IMG/VR virus record: IMGVR_UViG_3300022231_000029
Reading direction: 5' to 3' (one strand)
Source: a virus
DNA: 64,000 nucleotides
Shown: piece by piece, positions 9,184 to 18,448 of the stretch
Layout: the number at the start of each line of letters is the position of its first letter
Position numbering within the stretch: position 1 is the stretch's first letter
Notes under the pieces: model-generated
Database searches by the model: none
What the model saw: only the letters and a program-made list of their open reading frames with translations
What the model was told of the DNA's origin: nothing
Position numbers and translations under genes: made by a program

Positions 9184-9783
9184 TTACTGAACCGGACGAC
9201 GGAGAAGACCCTTGAGCTGCGCAACGAAGCGGAGCGGATAGTTCGCACTCGGAGTCATAGCAGTGATCTGGCCAGAAGAAGCGCCTTCTACTTTCCAGAG
9301 CATGTAGAACTGAGTGAGAGGGCCGATATCAAGAGCCTGGTTCCCTTGGAACATAACAGGGTTGATATTCGCATCACCGTACTGAACGTAAGAATCAACT
9401 GTATCAGTGTCACCAGCGAGGGCAACCTGATGGCGGATTTTCGCGTTCACGAGGCGAAGCGGAGATTCCCAGTATTGCTTCTCAGCGAGCCAGAGCTGAA
9501 CGAACGAGTAGTTCGCGTAAAGAGCGAGAGCTTCGCGCTTAGCTGGATCGTTAGAAGAAGCATCAACCTGGATGCCCATGATACGGAAAGACTTGTTACG
9601 CTCAAGCTGTCCGTTACCACGGAGGTTTGAGAGAACAAGCGACTTACCTTGTGAGTTAGAGAAGAACTGACGCTCTTCCGTAACAACAGACGCGCTTGTG
9701 ATTTCAAGCGTGTCGTAAAGTGGTTGTTTGATCTGGTCACGAAGGGCAACACCGCCAACTTCGTTCAACTGTGTAGAAGCCAT
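9184..9783 (-). CDS. major capsid protein, single-jelly-roll type (inferred)
   Basis: QPLYDT motif, beta-strand pattern, terminal LKGLLRRPVQ; own promoter, AAGGAGG RBS and terminator. Confidence 0.6.
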   Translation of the reverse strand: MASTQLNEVGGVALRDQIKQPLYDTLEITSASVVTEERQFFSNSQGKSLVLSNLRGNGQLERNKSFRIMGIQVDASSNDPAKREALALYANYSFVQLWLAEKQYWESPLRLVNAKIRHQVALAGDTDTVDSYVQYGDANINPVMFQGNQALDIGPLTQFYMLWKVEGASSGQITAMTPSANYPLRFVAQLKGLLRRPVQ

Positions 9784-9882
9784 TTTTTCCTCCTTGAAAG
9801 GGATTTGCTTCGAAATAAAAAGAAATCAGTTTCTTCTTACGCCGGGTTCTCAGTTCTAGGATTGATACGCCCAACGATTTTT

Positions 9883-9916
9883 ATTGTATGCGGTTGCAAA
9901 AAAATTGCAACCGCAT
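9883..9916 (-). promoter_or_regulatory. capsid-gene promoter embedded in a 12-bp perfect palindrome
   Basis: TTGCAA(9910-9905)-16 nt-TACAAT(9888-9883); IR ATGCGGTTGCAA/TTGCAACCGCAT. Confidence 0.6.
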
Positions 9917-9928
9917 TTTTGTCACGTC

Positions 9929-11686
9929 TTAGAAATCAGCTTCTTCTTCACCATCATCATAGCTCACCTCGAAAGCAGAACCGAGGGAATCAGGATTTCT
10001 CGGAGCTGTCGGGATAGGGCCAGCGGAATCGAAGTCAGCATCTTGCATGTACGATCCAGACATCGGAGTAGTGATGTACCCGCCGAAGTCAGCATCAGTG
10101 ATTCCTTCCGGAGCACCGAAGTCAGACGAGTGGTAAGCACCCATCTGTGGAACAGCGATGATACCGCTCATCTGTGGAACCGCGATGATTCCCGAGAGAG
10201 CAGTCTGAGAACCGGCCATCTGAGCTGCTGCGAGGTAGAGTGATGTACCGAGGTTCACCACTGAAGCACCGATCACACCTTTAGCAATCGCCTTCGCTCT
10301 CTTATTACCTACGAAGTGATGAGCAGCACCAGCGATAGCGAGTGGAAGAATCGCATCGAAGTTCTTAGAAAGGAATGCGCCGAGAACCGGGATCTTAGCA
10401 ACAGATGTTTTCACTGTTGGGAAGAATTTTGTCATGGCATGTTTGATACCTTGAATAGCAGCACCACCAGCGAGGAGCCCACCGGCTTCCGCAAGTTCAT
10501 GACCAAGGTAATCCTGTGTGAAATCTTCGATTTTCTTCATAGCTCCTCCGAAAGATGGATTTGATTTAACTTTATGTTTTTTCGATTTATAAGAACGCTT
10601 CTTCTTAGAAGCTTTCTTAGATACAGACGGATGCGAAGAAGAAGCTTTCACTTTTCTGCGCTTCGAAGACTTTCTCTTCTTCGATTTTTTCTTTGTCGGT
10701 TTCTCTTCAGCGGCCATCATAGCAGCGGCCTTCTTAGAAACTTTGCGACGGTCGCCCCCGTTAGAAGATTTTTTCTTCGAGCCTTTACGCTTAGAAGATT
10801 TACGAGCTTTCTTTTTAGAAGCTTTTTTCTTCTTACGCTTAGGATTCTCACCAACGATCACCGATGGGTTAGATGCGATGATAGGGTTTGACTTCTTCTT
10901 GTGCGAACGACGCTTAGAAGCTTTCGCCCCTTTACGCTTATGAGTACGTCTCTTCGAAGAAGACTTACGAGCTTTACGCTTGATAGACTTTTTCGGAGTT
11001 ACTTTTTTCGCGGATTTTTTTCTCTTGTGGGTTTTCATCTTTTTAGATGACTTCACCTTTCTCGTCTTCTTGGCCACTTTCGCCGCCTTTTTCTTACGTT
11101 TTTTCTCGCCAGGAAGTTTGACGGATTTTACTTTTTTCGCTGAAGAGTTGAGCTTCTTGTAAAGTGCTTTGAGTTTCTTCTCAGCGCGCTTAACATCAGA
11201 TGCTTCTTTCTTCATCTCTCTGCGAGCTTCAGCTTCAGACATATCAAGGGAACGAACGTACCCTTTGTCTTTCATCTTCGCTTCTTCTTTCTTAAGCTTT
11301 TCAATGCGCCCACGAATTGTTTTCGTGAGATGCTCTTTCACCTTCTGAGCGGCCTTGAGTTTCTTCTCAACACCCTGGACGTTCTTTGCTTTCGAAAGAT
11401 CGTTCACAGCTTTGTTGAGTGTGCTGAAAGCTTTATCGGTTTCTTTCTGAGTGAAAACTTTCACCTTACCGATAACGATGGATGGGCCCTTGTTAGGGAT
11501 CTGTTTTTTAGCTCCGACCGGAAGACCTTTTGCGAGTCTTTCTTCGAGGGTCATCAGTCTTGAGCCACCTCCCTGCTTGCGATACACAGCAGAGGTAGGG
11601 TTCTTTTTGCGTTTTCTGAGAGAGCGCATAGGTTTCTCCTTCCTTTTTTTGCGAGACGGATTATTGTAAAAAATCTGTAAGTCCAT
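9929..11686 (-). CDS. Lys/Arg-rich putative genome-condensing core protein precursor with membrane segment and acidic tail
   Basis: H1/protamine-like KKxSK tracts, seven NP motifs, hydrophobic helices, SGIIAVPQM repeat, DADFG motifs. Confidence 0.7.
   Translation of the reverse strand: MDLQIFYNNPSRKKRKEKPMRSLRKRKKNPTSAVYRKQGGGSRLMTLEERLAKGLPVGAKKQIPNKGPSIVIGKVKVFTQKETDKAFSTLNKAVNDLSKAKNVQGVEKKLKAAQKVKEHLTKTIRGRIEKLKKEEAKMKDKGYVRSLDMSEAEARREMKKEASDVKRAEKKLKALYKKLNSSAKKVKSVKLPGEKKRKKKAAKVAKKTRKVKSSKKMKTHKRKKSAKKVTPKKSIKRKARKSSSKRRTHKRKGAKASKRRSHKKKSNPIIASNPSVIVGENPKRKKKKASKKKARKSSKRKGSKKKSSNGGDRRKVSKKAAAMMAAEEKPTKKKSKKRKSSKRRKVKASSSHPSVSKKASKKKRSYKSKKHKVKSNPSFGGAMKKIEDFTQDYLGHELAEAGGLLAGGAAIQGIKHAMTKFFPTVKTSVAKIPVLGAFLSKNFDAILPLAIAGAAHHFVGNKRAKAIAKGVIGASVVNLGTSLYLAAAQMAGSQTALSGIIAVPQMSGIIAVPQMGAYHSSDFGAPEGITDADFGGYITTPMSGSYMQDADFDSAGPIPTAPRNPDSLGSAFEVSYDDGEEEADF
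10142..10195 (-). repeat. 27-bp in-frame tandem repeat (SGIIAVPQM x2)
   Basis: CATCTGTGGAAC(A/C)GCGATGAT(A/T)CC unit duplicated. Confidence 0.85.
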
Positions 11687-11702
11687 TACTTCCCCTCCAA
11701 AA

Positions 11703-12095
11703 TTAACCGATGATACCTTTCAGATTGCGTATGGCGGCGAGATCCGAGTTCTCGTCGATTTCAAGGAGCCTCGAATCATTATACGCAACATTCGGATTTA
11801 CTAAAATAAGAAAAGGTGAATCCTTCAAGTGGTAGAGAACTGTAGGGCCCGAAAACTTATGATCCCACAACACCTCAAGGTCTTCCTGATCTCTGGAGTT
11901 CACGCGAATATATGTGATGTTCGGCACGAAACCAATCAGGTCAACTTTGTTTGACCGGAGAAGCTTTTCGTATTTCACACCCTCTGGAGAAGATTTTCCT
12001 TTCTTGAAGATCCGGACAGCTTTCAGAACGGCCTCAAGAACTATCGATCTTTGCTTGCCACTTCCCCACATAAGAATGTTTGCCCACTTCATCAT
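11703..12095 (-). CDS. small virion-module protein
   Basis: ORF within late operon; ends GIIG. Confidence 0.7.
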   Translation of the reverse strand: MMKWANILMWGSGKQRSIVLEAVLKAVRIFKKGKSSPEGVKYEKLLRSNKVDLIGFVPNITYIRVNSRDQEDLEVLWDHKFSGPTVLYHLKDSPFLILVNPNVAYNDSRLLEIDENSDLAAIRNLKGIIG

Positions 12096-12098
12096 GGA

Positions 12099-12776
12099 TT
12101 ACTTCCCGAGCCCAACGGCCTTCAACGCCTTCTCATTGATTCTCTCACCAATGAGACCACGATTTTTATACGCGAGATATCCAACACCGATGGCAGCAAC
12201 ACCCAACACCAGTGGAAGATTTCCCGCCACAAATGAAATGATCTTTGCGCCACCGGATACCGTGTTTGAAACAACGGATGCGGTAGTCTGAACAACAGAG
12301 TTAACGGTCTTCGCCGTATCCTTGGCCACCAGCTTCGTAGCATCCCAATATGTCCACTTGACATTAGTAGGGTTGATGAAGGCAGACGCAATCGACTTCC
12401 TCGAAGGAAGCATATTTTTATTCGAAGAGAAAGACTTCAAAAGAGAAGCTTTCACCTTGTCAGCAATCGAAGAGTTCGTGAGATAAGAAAAACCAACATC
12501 CCGAAGAAAGTCTTGGTAGTCCTCATCTGAGATCGTAGACGTATAAGCAGCATCAAGCTTCAGAGCATCCACAAACTGAGCATACGTAGCAGAAGGCTTC
12601 AGATCATTATAAAGACTTTGAATCCAGTTCTGACCCGCGACCAGCTCCTGAGCCGGAGTAAATGTTTTCGAAGATGATGAAAACCAATCAAGAGGATTCA
12701 GTGAGAATCCCATCGTTCCGAAGTCACTATTTGTGACAGGAGCGCCGACACCACCAAAATCCATTTTCTTTGTCAT
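12099..12776 (-). CDS. tail-anchored virion membrane protein with DFG leader
   Basis: MDFGG and SDFGTMG motifs; C-terminal TM LPLVLGVAAIGVGYLAY. Confidence 0.75.
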   Translation of the reverse strand: MTKKMDFGGVGAPVTNSDFGTMGFSLNPLDWFSSSSKTFTPAQELVAGQNWIQSLYNDLKPSATYAQFVDALKLDAAYTSTISDEDYQDFLRDVGFSYLTNSSIADKVKASLLKSFSSNKNMLPSRKSIASAFINPTNVKWTYWDATKLVAKDTAKTVNSVVQTTASVVSNTVSGGAKIISFVAGNLPLVLGVAAIGVGYLAYKNRGLIGERINEKALKAVGLGK

Positions 12777-12817
12777 GAGATAATCCTTTAGCTCAAACGA
12801 TTTCTATTGTATCACCC

Positions 12818-14962
12818 TTAGTCATCGGTTGCAACGTAGGCAAGCCCAGCGATCACAGCAGCGAGCCCGACCAGCACTCCAGCACCGGCACCCTTCTTCT
12901 GTCCAAAATTCAGGTTAATTTGATCAATCATTCCATCCGTAGGAGGAAAGTCCGGATAATATCCAGGGTAACGATCGTAAAGAAATGGAATCAGTGATGG
13001 CCCAAACTTCTGGATAAGGTCATCCCAATTCGTCTTCGCAACCGCATCAGCAATGTTTCCTGGAGTTCTTCCCGCCTCATCAAGAACATTCTCCACCGCC
13101 TGGCCAGTCTCTCGAACAACATTGTCAGCGATCTCAGAAACATTCTCCGGTGTTCGCTGAATCTCATCAGCAACATTATCAACCGCCCTCACTGTCTCAC
13201 GTCCGACATTCGTTGCGACCTCCGCAGCGTTGTCCTGAGTGCGTACAGCTTCATCCACGACGTTAGAGGCACCACGCGCCGACTCGCGAGCAATGTTCGT
13301 CGCAATCTGGGCAATGTTCTCCGGAGTTCTCGCCGTCTCAGAAGCAATCGCCTTGGCAAGCTTGGCAAGGTTTTCAGGTGAACGTCCAATTTCATCCAGG
13401 ACGTTCGATCCGATATTGGCAAAGTTTCCTGGAGCGCGTCTCATCTCATCAAGAAAGTTCTGCCCCATGTTCGCGAGAAAATTTGTATCCGATGATCCAG
13501 GAACAATCGAAATCTTTGACATGGCATTTGCCACTTGCTGAGCAATCTTTGCCCAATCAGTGTTATAAAGATCGGCCAGGTGAGCGTAAGTAATCGGAAG
13601 ACCTGTCTCTTTCTTCACAAGATAATCGACATAGTTCTGAAACTCTTTATCATGAATATCACTCATGGCATCCATGAGCGTTTTATCAGATCCCGGAACC
13701 TGAGAGAGCGTAGTTCCTGCCGACATGATGAGCTTTGCGGTAAAGGCACTATCAACCCATCCCTGCTTTACAGCTTCTTTCACTGTCTCAGATTTTGCTT
13801 CCCGAATCGCGGCCTGTTTTGAAACATCCTTGGCAAGATCCGTTGTCGCTGATTCAGCAAACTTTTCCATGCTTCCATAATTAAGTGATGAAGCATAAAG
13901 AACACCAGCAGAAAGCGCCGTTCTTCCGAGAACAGTTCCATTGAGCCCCGTCTCGTCACCGATATAATTTACCGCCATACCTTTAGCAATGTTCGATATG
14001 GCCGCACTGATAGTTCCGGCCGAAACAACAGTGAGATAAATCTTAAGTCCATCAATGATCCTGGATTTCCAATCAATCTGACGATCATGGTAAATATCAT
14101 CCGGAAGCGCCATGAGATTTTGACCGGACGTAATGAGTCCTCCAGAATATTTATCAAGGGTCATAATGAATGGCCCTAGAATCGCATCCTTCTTTAAAGT
14201 GTTGATGACAGCATTATCAAACTTCCCCACTTCCTTGTATGGAATAAGGGCGATCTGGCCATAGGCCTTCATGCCTTCGAGAATTTCTTTATCAGTAAGC
14301 TTTCCCTGAAATGTCTTATCCGGAATATCCATCACCTCTTCAAGCTTCTCGCGAATTGATGCCGGAAGAATAGGCATGACAGTGACATCGACAACAACAT
14401 TGATCGGACGCCACACAACTTCATTCACAACATTGCGAGCAATCCGGAACGCAGGACGAGCGACATTCTTATATGTGTACTCAACAGCGTTCGATGTCTC
14501 TTTTACAATGTTATGAGCGATCTCACCCGCCGTCTGAGTAATCTTTGAAATCGTTGGGCCAGGCTTTGTGACAACATTCTCTAAAGTAAGGATTCCGTCA
14601 GAGACAAAGTTTCTGATATCCGGAGGAAGAACACTCAAGGCAACATTTTTCGCCGCCGAATAAACATCCTCAGTGAAAGATCCGACTCCCTTCACAACCT
14701 TAAGAGCAGGCTCAGCAATCTTCGCCACTTCTTTAGCGACCTGGGAAACAAATTTCCCAAGCGATCGAAAGGCCTTACTCACGGCCTTCTTAATACTCTT
14801 AAACCATCCACCCATCTGCTGAGAACCATCATCGACAACTTCATAGTCACTATGAAGATGATAAACGTGCATGTATCGCTTCATGGCAGTCTTCTCAGGC
14901 ATTCTGCCGAGACCATCATAAAATTTGATCTTTGAATTTCTGCTTTTAGGAACAATGATCAT
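12818..14962 (-). CDS. large amphipathic-repeat virion membrane protein (714 aa; DNA delivery/scaffold candidate)
   Basis: QMGG followed by WFKSIKKAVSKAF amphipathic helix; 11/22-aa helical repeats; C-terminal TM. Confidence 0.7.
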   Translation of the reverse strand: MIIVPKSRNSKIKFYDGLGRMPEKTAMKRYMHVYHLHSDYEVVDDGSQQMGGWFKSIKKAVSKAFRSLGKFVSQVAKEVAKIAEPALKVVKGVGSFTEDVYSAAKNVALSVLPPDIRNFVSDGILTLENVVTKPGPTISKITQTAGEIAHNIVKETSNAVEYTYKNVARPAFRIARNVVNEVVWRPINVVVDVTVMPILPASIREKLEEVMDIPDKTFQGKLTDKEILEGMKAYGQIALIPYKEVGKFDNAVINTLKKDAILGPFIMTLDKYSGGLITSGQNLMALPDDIYHDRQIDWKSRIIDGLKIYLTVVSAGTISAAISNIAKGMAVNYIGDETGLNGTVLGRTALSAGVLYASSLNYGSMEKFAESATTDLAKDVSKQAAIREAKSETVKEAVKQGWVDSAFTAKLIMSAGTTLSQVPGSDKTLMDAMSDIHDKEFQNYVDYLVKKETGLPITYAHLADLYNTDWAKIAQQVANAMSKISIVPGSSDTNFLANMGQNFLDEMRRAPGNFANIGSNVLDEIGRSPENLAKLAKAIASETARTPENIAQIATNIARESARGASNVVDEAVRTQDNAAEVATNVGRETVRAVDNVADEIQRTPENVSEIADNVVRETGQAVENVLDEAGRTPGNIADAVAKTNWDDLIQKFGPSLIPFLYDRYPGYYPDFPPTDGMIDQINLNFGQKKGAGAGVLVGLAAVIAGLAYVATDD

Positions 14963-14965
14963 GAT

Positions 14966-17137
14966 TTAAACCTTGATGTTGAAAAGTTCCAGGAGGGCGT
15001 TAGTGAATGCAATCTCAGAAACCTTGTCAGCGACAAGTGCCGTAGCGATGTTCTGCTCCATGAGAGTAACTTTTGCCAGGAGTGTTTCCACAGCAACTTT
15101 TACATCCGGTCTCAAGTACCAGTTCGGATTCTCATTCACCCATTTTTGAAGAGCATCGGAAGGAAGGCCTCCCTCCATCGTAGCTCGCTGAAGAAGATAT
15201 TCGTAAGTAGGAGTAGGAATTTTTTCAAGCTCAGTATCAGCGATTGTTTTGAGTTCGTTCTTCGCGATGAATTCCGCATCAGACATGAGAACACTATTGG
15301 CCATAATGACTTCAGCGTTCACCTGATCCTGATAAACTTTATTCTGAGCGCGGATAGCTTCGTTCTGAGCAAAGATCCCGGCACTGGACTGAGCATTCTT
15401 CTTGAAGTCTTCAACCAGCGCCATTTCAAGTGCTGTGAATGCTCTCCAATATTCGTAGCCATTCTCGTAATAGAAAATACCCGTCTTCATTTTTCTTTCA
15501 AATTCAGCGAGTGCTGCTGGCCCTGAAATAATCGCCTGGCCCTGAAGGTATCGCTGGTATGCTTGATTGAAAGCGTAGTCGTTCTTATCTTTGTATGATT
15601 TCAGGAAAGCATCAATCTCCGTCATGGCCTTTCCCCAGGCCACAACTGATTCAAGCTGAAGTTCAGCAAGATACTCATACGCACCGATAGGCCCCTGAGA
15701 AACCGGATGAAGAAAAGGGAATTCCGATCCGTCATCATCTTTAGAGAACCAGCGAGTTTCATCCACGTAAGGAGAAGTGCTGATGACGACTCTGCGGGAG
15801 TAGATGATCTTACTTCCGATGTCGGAGCGAAGAGCGGCCACTGATTCCTGGAGATAGATGAGATTTTCCAGAAGATCAATGATGGAGTCCGGGAACTGAA
15901 TGAACTGAAGCTCATAGAGGCTTGTGGCATCAGAATACAGAAGACCATTTCTTACGCGCAGATCTCCGAAAGCGATTGCATTTGGATAATAAGGAGGGAA
16001 AGAAAACTGCGCCACGTTCTTGTCGTAGAAATCTTTCTTTCGAAGATTAAAAAGATTCGACCCATCGTAAGCAGAAAGAGAGTAATATGTTTTCCCGCTC
16101 ACGACGTATGGATAGTTCTTCCACGGGTAGGTGTAACTCTTCCCATTCGGAAGTGCGACCGTTCTCAGTTGATACCACTGATAGTATCCTTCAAGAGTTT
16201 TACTAATGGCCTGAGAATATGTTCTTCCAGAAGAGTCAGCAAGAGTAATGGATGCTGGAGCAGTTCCGGAGTAATTGAGATAATAGTTTGGTTCAAAGCA
16301 TGAGACAGCAGTGGTCTTCACATCGTTAACGATCTTGGCAGAAGCGAAGAGTTCCTTCGATTCATTTGATTCGACCTTGGCATTGATGACAAAAGCCCCT
16401 ACATAACCCAGAATCGCTTCACAGCGAATGATTTCAGGGACAGTATCAACCTGGAGATCCACGCGATAAACGTAAGCGAGCATCGGTGTAAGACTTTCAA
16501 CACCTGTGTACTTCATTTTGTCTGAAAGCATTGGCACAGTTTGATAATTCACCGGAACAGAAAATTCCTTCCCGATGGATGTCTCATAATCAGTGGCGAG
16601 GAGCTGTGGGCGCTTAGGAGTTACGAATGGTGTATTGAAGCCGTTCGTTTGAGTAGGGAGGACATTGATGATACAGTACCCCACCGAGTCTGGGCCTGCG
16701 CTGGGATACTTTGATGGATTTCTTGTGATATAAGAAACCCAATTCTTATTTTCAATCTCATCGAAAACAACTTTCAGAGCATCTTGCTGAATGCTGTTTT
16801 GCCAGTTGAAGGCAAGAGAATTTCTTTTGCAATACGCCCAGAGTTCTTCGGCCGCGGTGATATACCATGATGCCGGAAGATCGAAGACTTCAACAATTCT
16901 GTCGTAGCTTGTGACTTTGCCCGCAGTAGAGAAAACGGGATTGAGAAGAGAAAAGAGTTTCAACTTCTTCAGCTTAATCATCGCTTCGGCGGTGAGGTCG
17001 ATGTTTCCATAAAACATGGCGCTGAAGCGAACGTCATCAATCTCTTTTAAAATACGAACCCGGTGCCAATCAGCTACATGCTGAGCAACACCGAGTTCTT
17101 GAATCTTTGATTGATTGAGGTCAAAAGGAACGAGCAT
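14966..17137 (-). CDS. large virion protein of unknown function (723 aa)
   Basis: long ORF in late operon, Tyr/Pro-rich beta core and helical C-terminus. Confidence 0.75.
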   Translation of the reverse strand: MLVPFDLNQSKIQELGVAQHVADWHRVRILKEIDDVRFSAMFYGNIDLTAEAMIKLKKLKLFSLLNPVFSTAGKVTSYDRIVEVFDLPASWYITAAEELWAYCKRNSLAFNWQNSIQQDALKVVFDEIENKNWVSYITRNPSKYPSAGPDSVGYCIINVLPTQTNGFNTPFVTPKRPQLLATDYETSIGKEFSVPVNYQTVPMLSDKMKYTGVESLTPMLAYVYRVDLQVDTVPEIIRCEAILGYVGAFVINAKVESNESKELFASAKIVNDVKTTAVSCFEPNYYLNYSGTAPASITLADSSGRTYSQAISKTLEGYYQWYQLRTVALPNGKSYTYPWKNYPYVVSGKTYYSLSAYDGSNLFNLRKKDFYDKNVAQFSFPPYYPNAIAFGDLRVRNGLLYSDATSLYELQFIQFPDSIIDLLENLIYLQESVAALRSDIGSKIIYSRRVVISTSPYVDETRWFSKDDDGSEFPFLHPVSQGPIGAYEYLAELQLESVVAWGKAMTEIDAFLKSYKDKNDYAFNQAYQRYLQGQAIISGPAALAEFERKMKTGIFYYENGYEYWRAFTALEMALVEDFKKNAQSSAGIFAQNEAIRAQNKVYQDQVNAEVIMANSVLMSDAEFIAKNELKTIADTELEKIPTPTYEYLLQRATMEGGLPSDALQKWVNENPNWYLRPDVKVAVETLLAKVTLMEQNIATALVADKVSEIAFTNALLELFNIKV

Positions 17138-17154
17138 GAGAAGTGCTCCTGAAG

Positions 17155-17562
17155 TTAGTAGTCATCACCACGTTTCAGGAAAAAGAATACACCAAGAGCA
17201 AGTGCGCCGCCAATAGCGAGTTTCTTTTTGCCAGAAACAGCAGTAGTGGAGCTTGTTGCTTTCGCCACATCATCTGATGTCACAGGAGCGGAAGAAACGG
17301 TTTGCGTAGAGCTTGCTGTCGTCGCATCTTTTTGCATCATGAGAGTTTCAGAGAGAGCTTGCTTCTGATCATCATCAAGGTCATGCACCGATACCGGATC
17401 TTGTGAGTAAAATTCCATATCATCGGAATACTCCATTCCCATTCCGCCAAGAGGAGCACCGGGCTCCATCATTCCAGGCTCGCGATTGGCAATCCGGTAT
17501 TTCGTAAGTTCTTTCAGCTTGTCAGTGGGCGCTTGAAAGTCGCCCATGGTATATTTTCTCAT
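17155..17562 (-). CDS. tail-anchored virion membrane protein
   Basis: MGDF and LGGMG motifs; C-terminal TM LAIGGALALGVFFFL. Confidence 0.75.
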   Translation of the reverse strand: MRKYTMGDFQAPTDKLKELTKYRIANREPGMMEPGAPLGGMGMEYSDDMEFYSQDPVSVHDLDDDQKQALSETLMMQKDATTASSTQTVSSAPVTSDDVAKATSSTTAVSGKKKLAIGGALALGVFFFLKRGDDY

Positions 17563-17572
17563 TCAGAACTCC

Positions 17573-17989
17573 TTATTTTTTGATTACCTTGTAGATAACT
17601 GCCAGAGCAAGGAGTCCTCCGAGGACAGACGCGCCGATGATGATAGGGCCCTGATACTGAGTCCAGAATGATGGCCCTGTCGCCACGTAGCCAGCAGGAA
17701 GAACACCGGTAGGAAGAGTTCCTGTGGCCTGATATTGTGCTGCCTGCTCCGGAGTGAGTGTCACTTGAGATGTTTTTCCGTCTGCACCAGCGATATTGAG
17801 AACGAATTTCTCAACGGCCTTTGTAACAGCTTTCGTTGCTGACTTCTGAGCAGAGTCAACAGTCTTACTCACAAGATCAGACCAGAAATCACCCATGCCA
17901 CCAAAGTCACTTGAAACAACATTCGTGCCAATGCCCGCCATTGTGTATTTTTTCACAAGCGAGGGTTTTACCAATCTTGGTGATTTCAT
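17573..17989 (-). CDS. tail-anchored virion membrane protein
   Basis: SDFGGMGDFW motif; C-terminal TM followed by basic residues. Confidence 0.75.
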   Translation of the reverse strand: MKSPRLVKPSLVKKYTMAGIGTNVVSSDFGGMGDFWSDLVSKTVDSAQKSATKAVTKAVEKFVLNIAGADGKTSQVTLTPEQAAQYQATGTLPTGVLPAGYVATGPSFWTQYQGPIIIGASVLGGLLALAVIYKVIKK

Positions 17990-18436
17990 TTAGACCTTCT
18001 TTTTAAATGTGTTGAAAAGCCCAAGCGCCGTGAGAATTGTCAGTCCTGCTGCAACCGGGATAATGACGATTTTGTACTTAGAAAAAATTTCTGCTACTGA
18101 TGCCATAACAGTATCAGTGACTGCCTTCTGAGCATTCGGATCAGTACCAAGCTTCGATCCAACAACATTCGTGAGAGCAGTCGTAGCACCAGACTGAAGA
18201 GTTGTCTTTACTGTCTCAGCACCTTTGTCACCAAAGATAGCGGAGAAGATATCGTTGGCAGACGTTCCCATGCCCGATGTTCCTGGAGTATAAAAATCAC
18301 CAGACGTATAGGAGATCCCGCCAAAGTCAGCATCACCCATCCCTTTTTTCTTCACTGGAAAATAAGGCATAGGCTTTGGCATTGGTCTTGGCATACCTCT
18401 TGGAACTGCACCGAAATCACCTGAGTTACATTTCAT
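17990..18436 (-). CDS. tail-anchored virion membrane protein
   Basis: SGDFGA, GMGDADFGG, SGMG motifs; C-terminal TM. Confidence 0.75.
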   Translation of the reverse strand: MKCNSGDFGAVPRGMPRPMPKPMPYFPVKKKGMGDADFGGISYTSGDFYTPGTSGMGTSANDIFSAIFGDKGAETVKTTLQSGATTALTNVVGSKLGTDPNAQKAVTDTVMASVAEIFSKYKIVIIPVAAGLTILTALGLFNTFKKKV

Positions 18437-18448
18437 ATTTTGTCTCCT

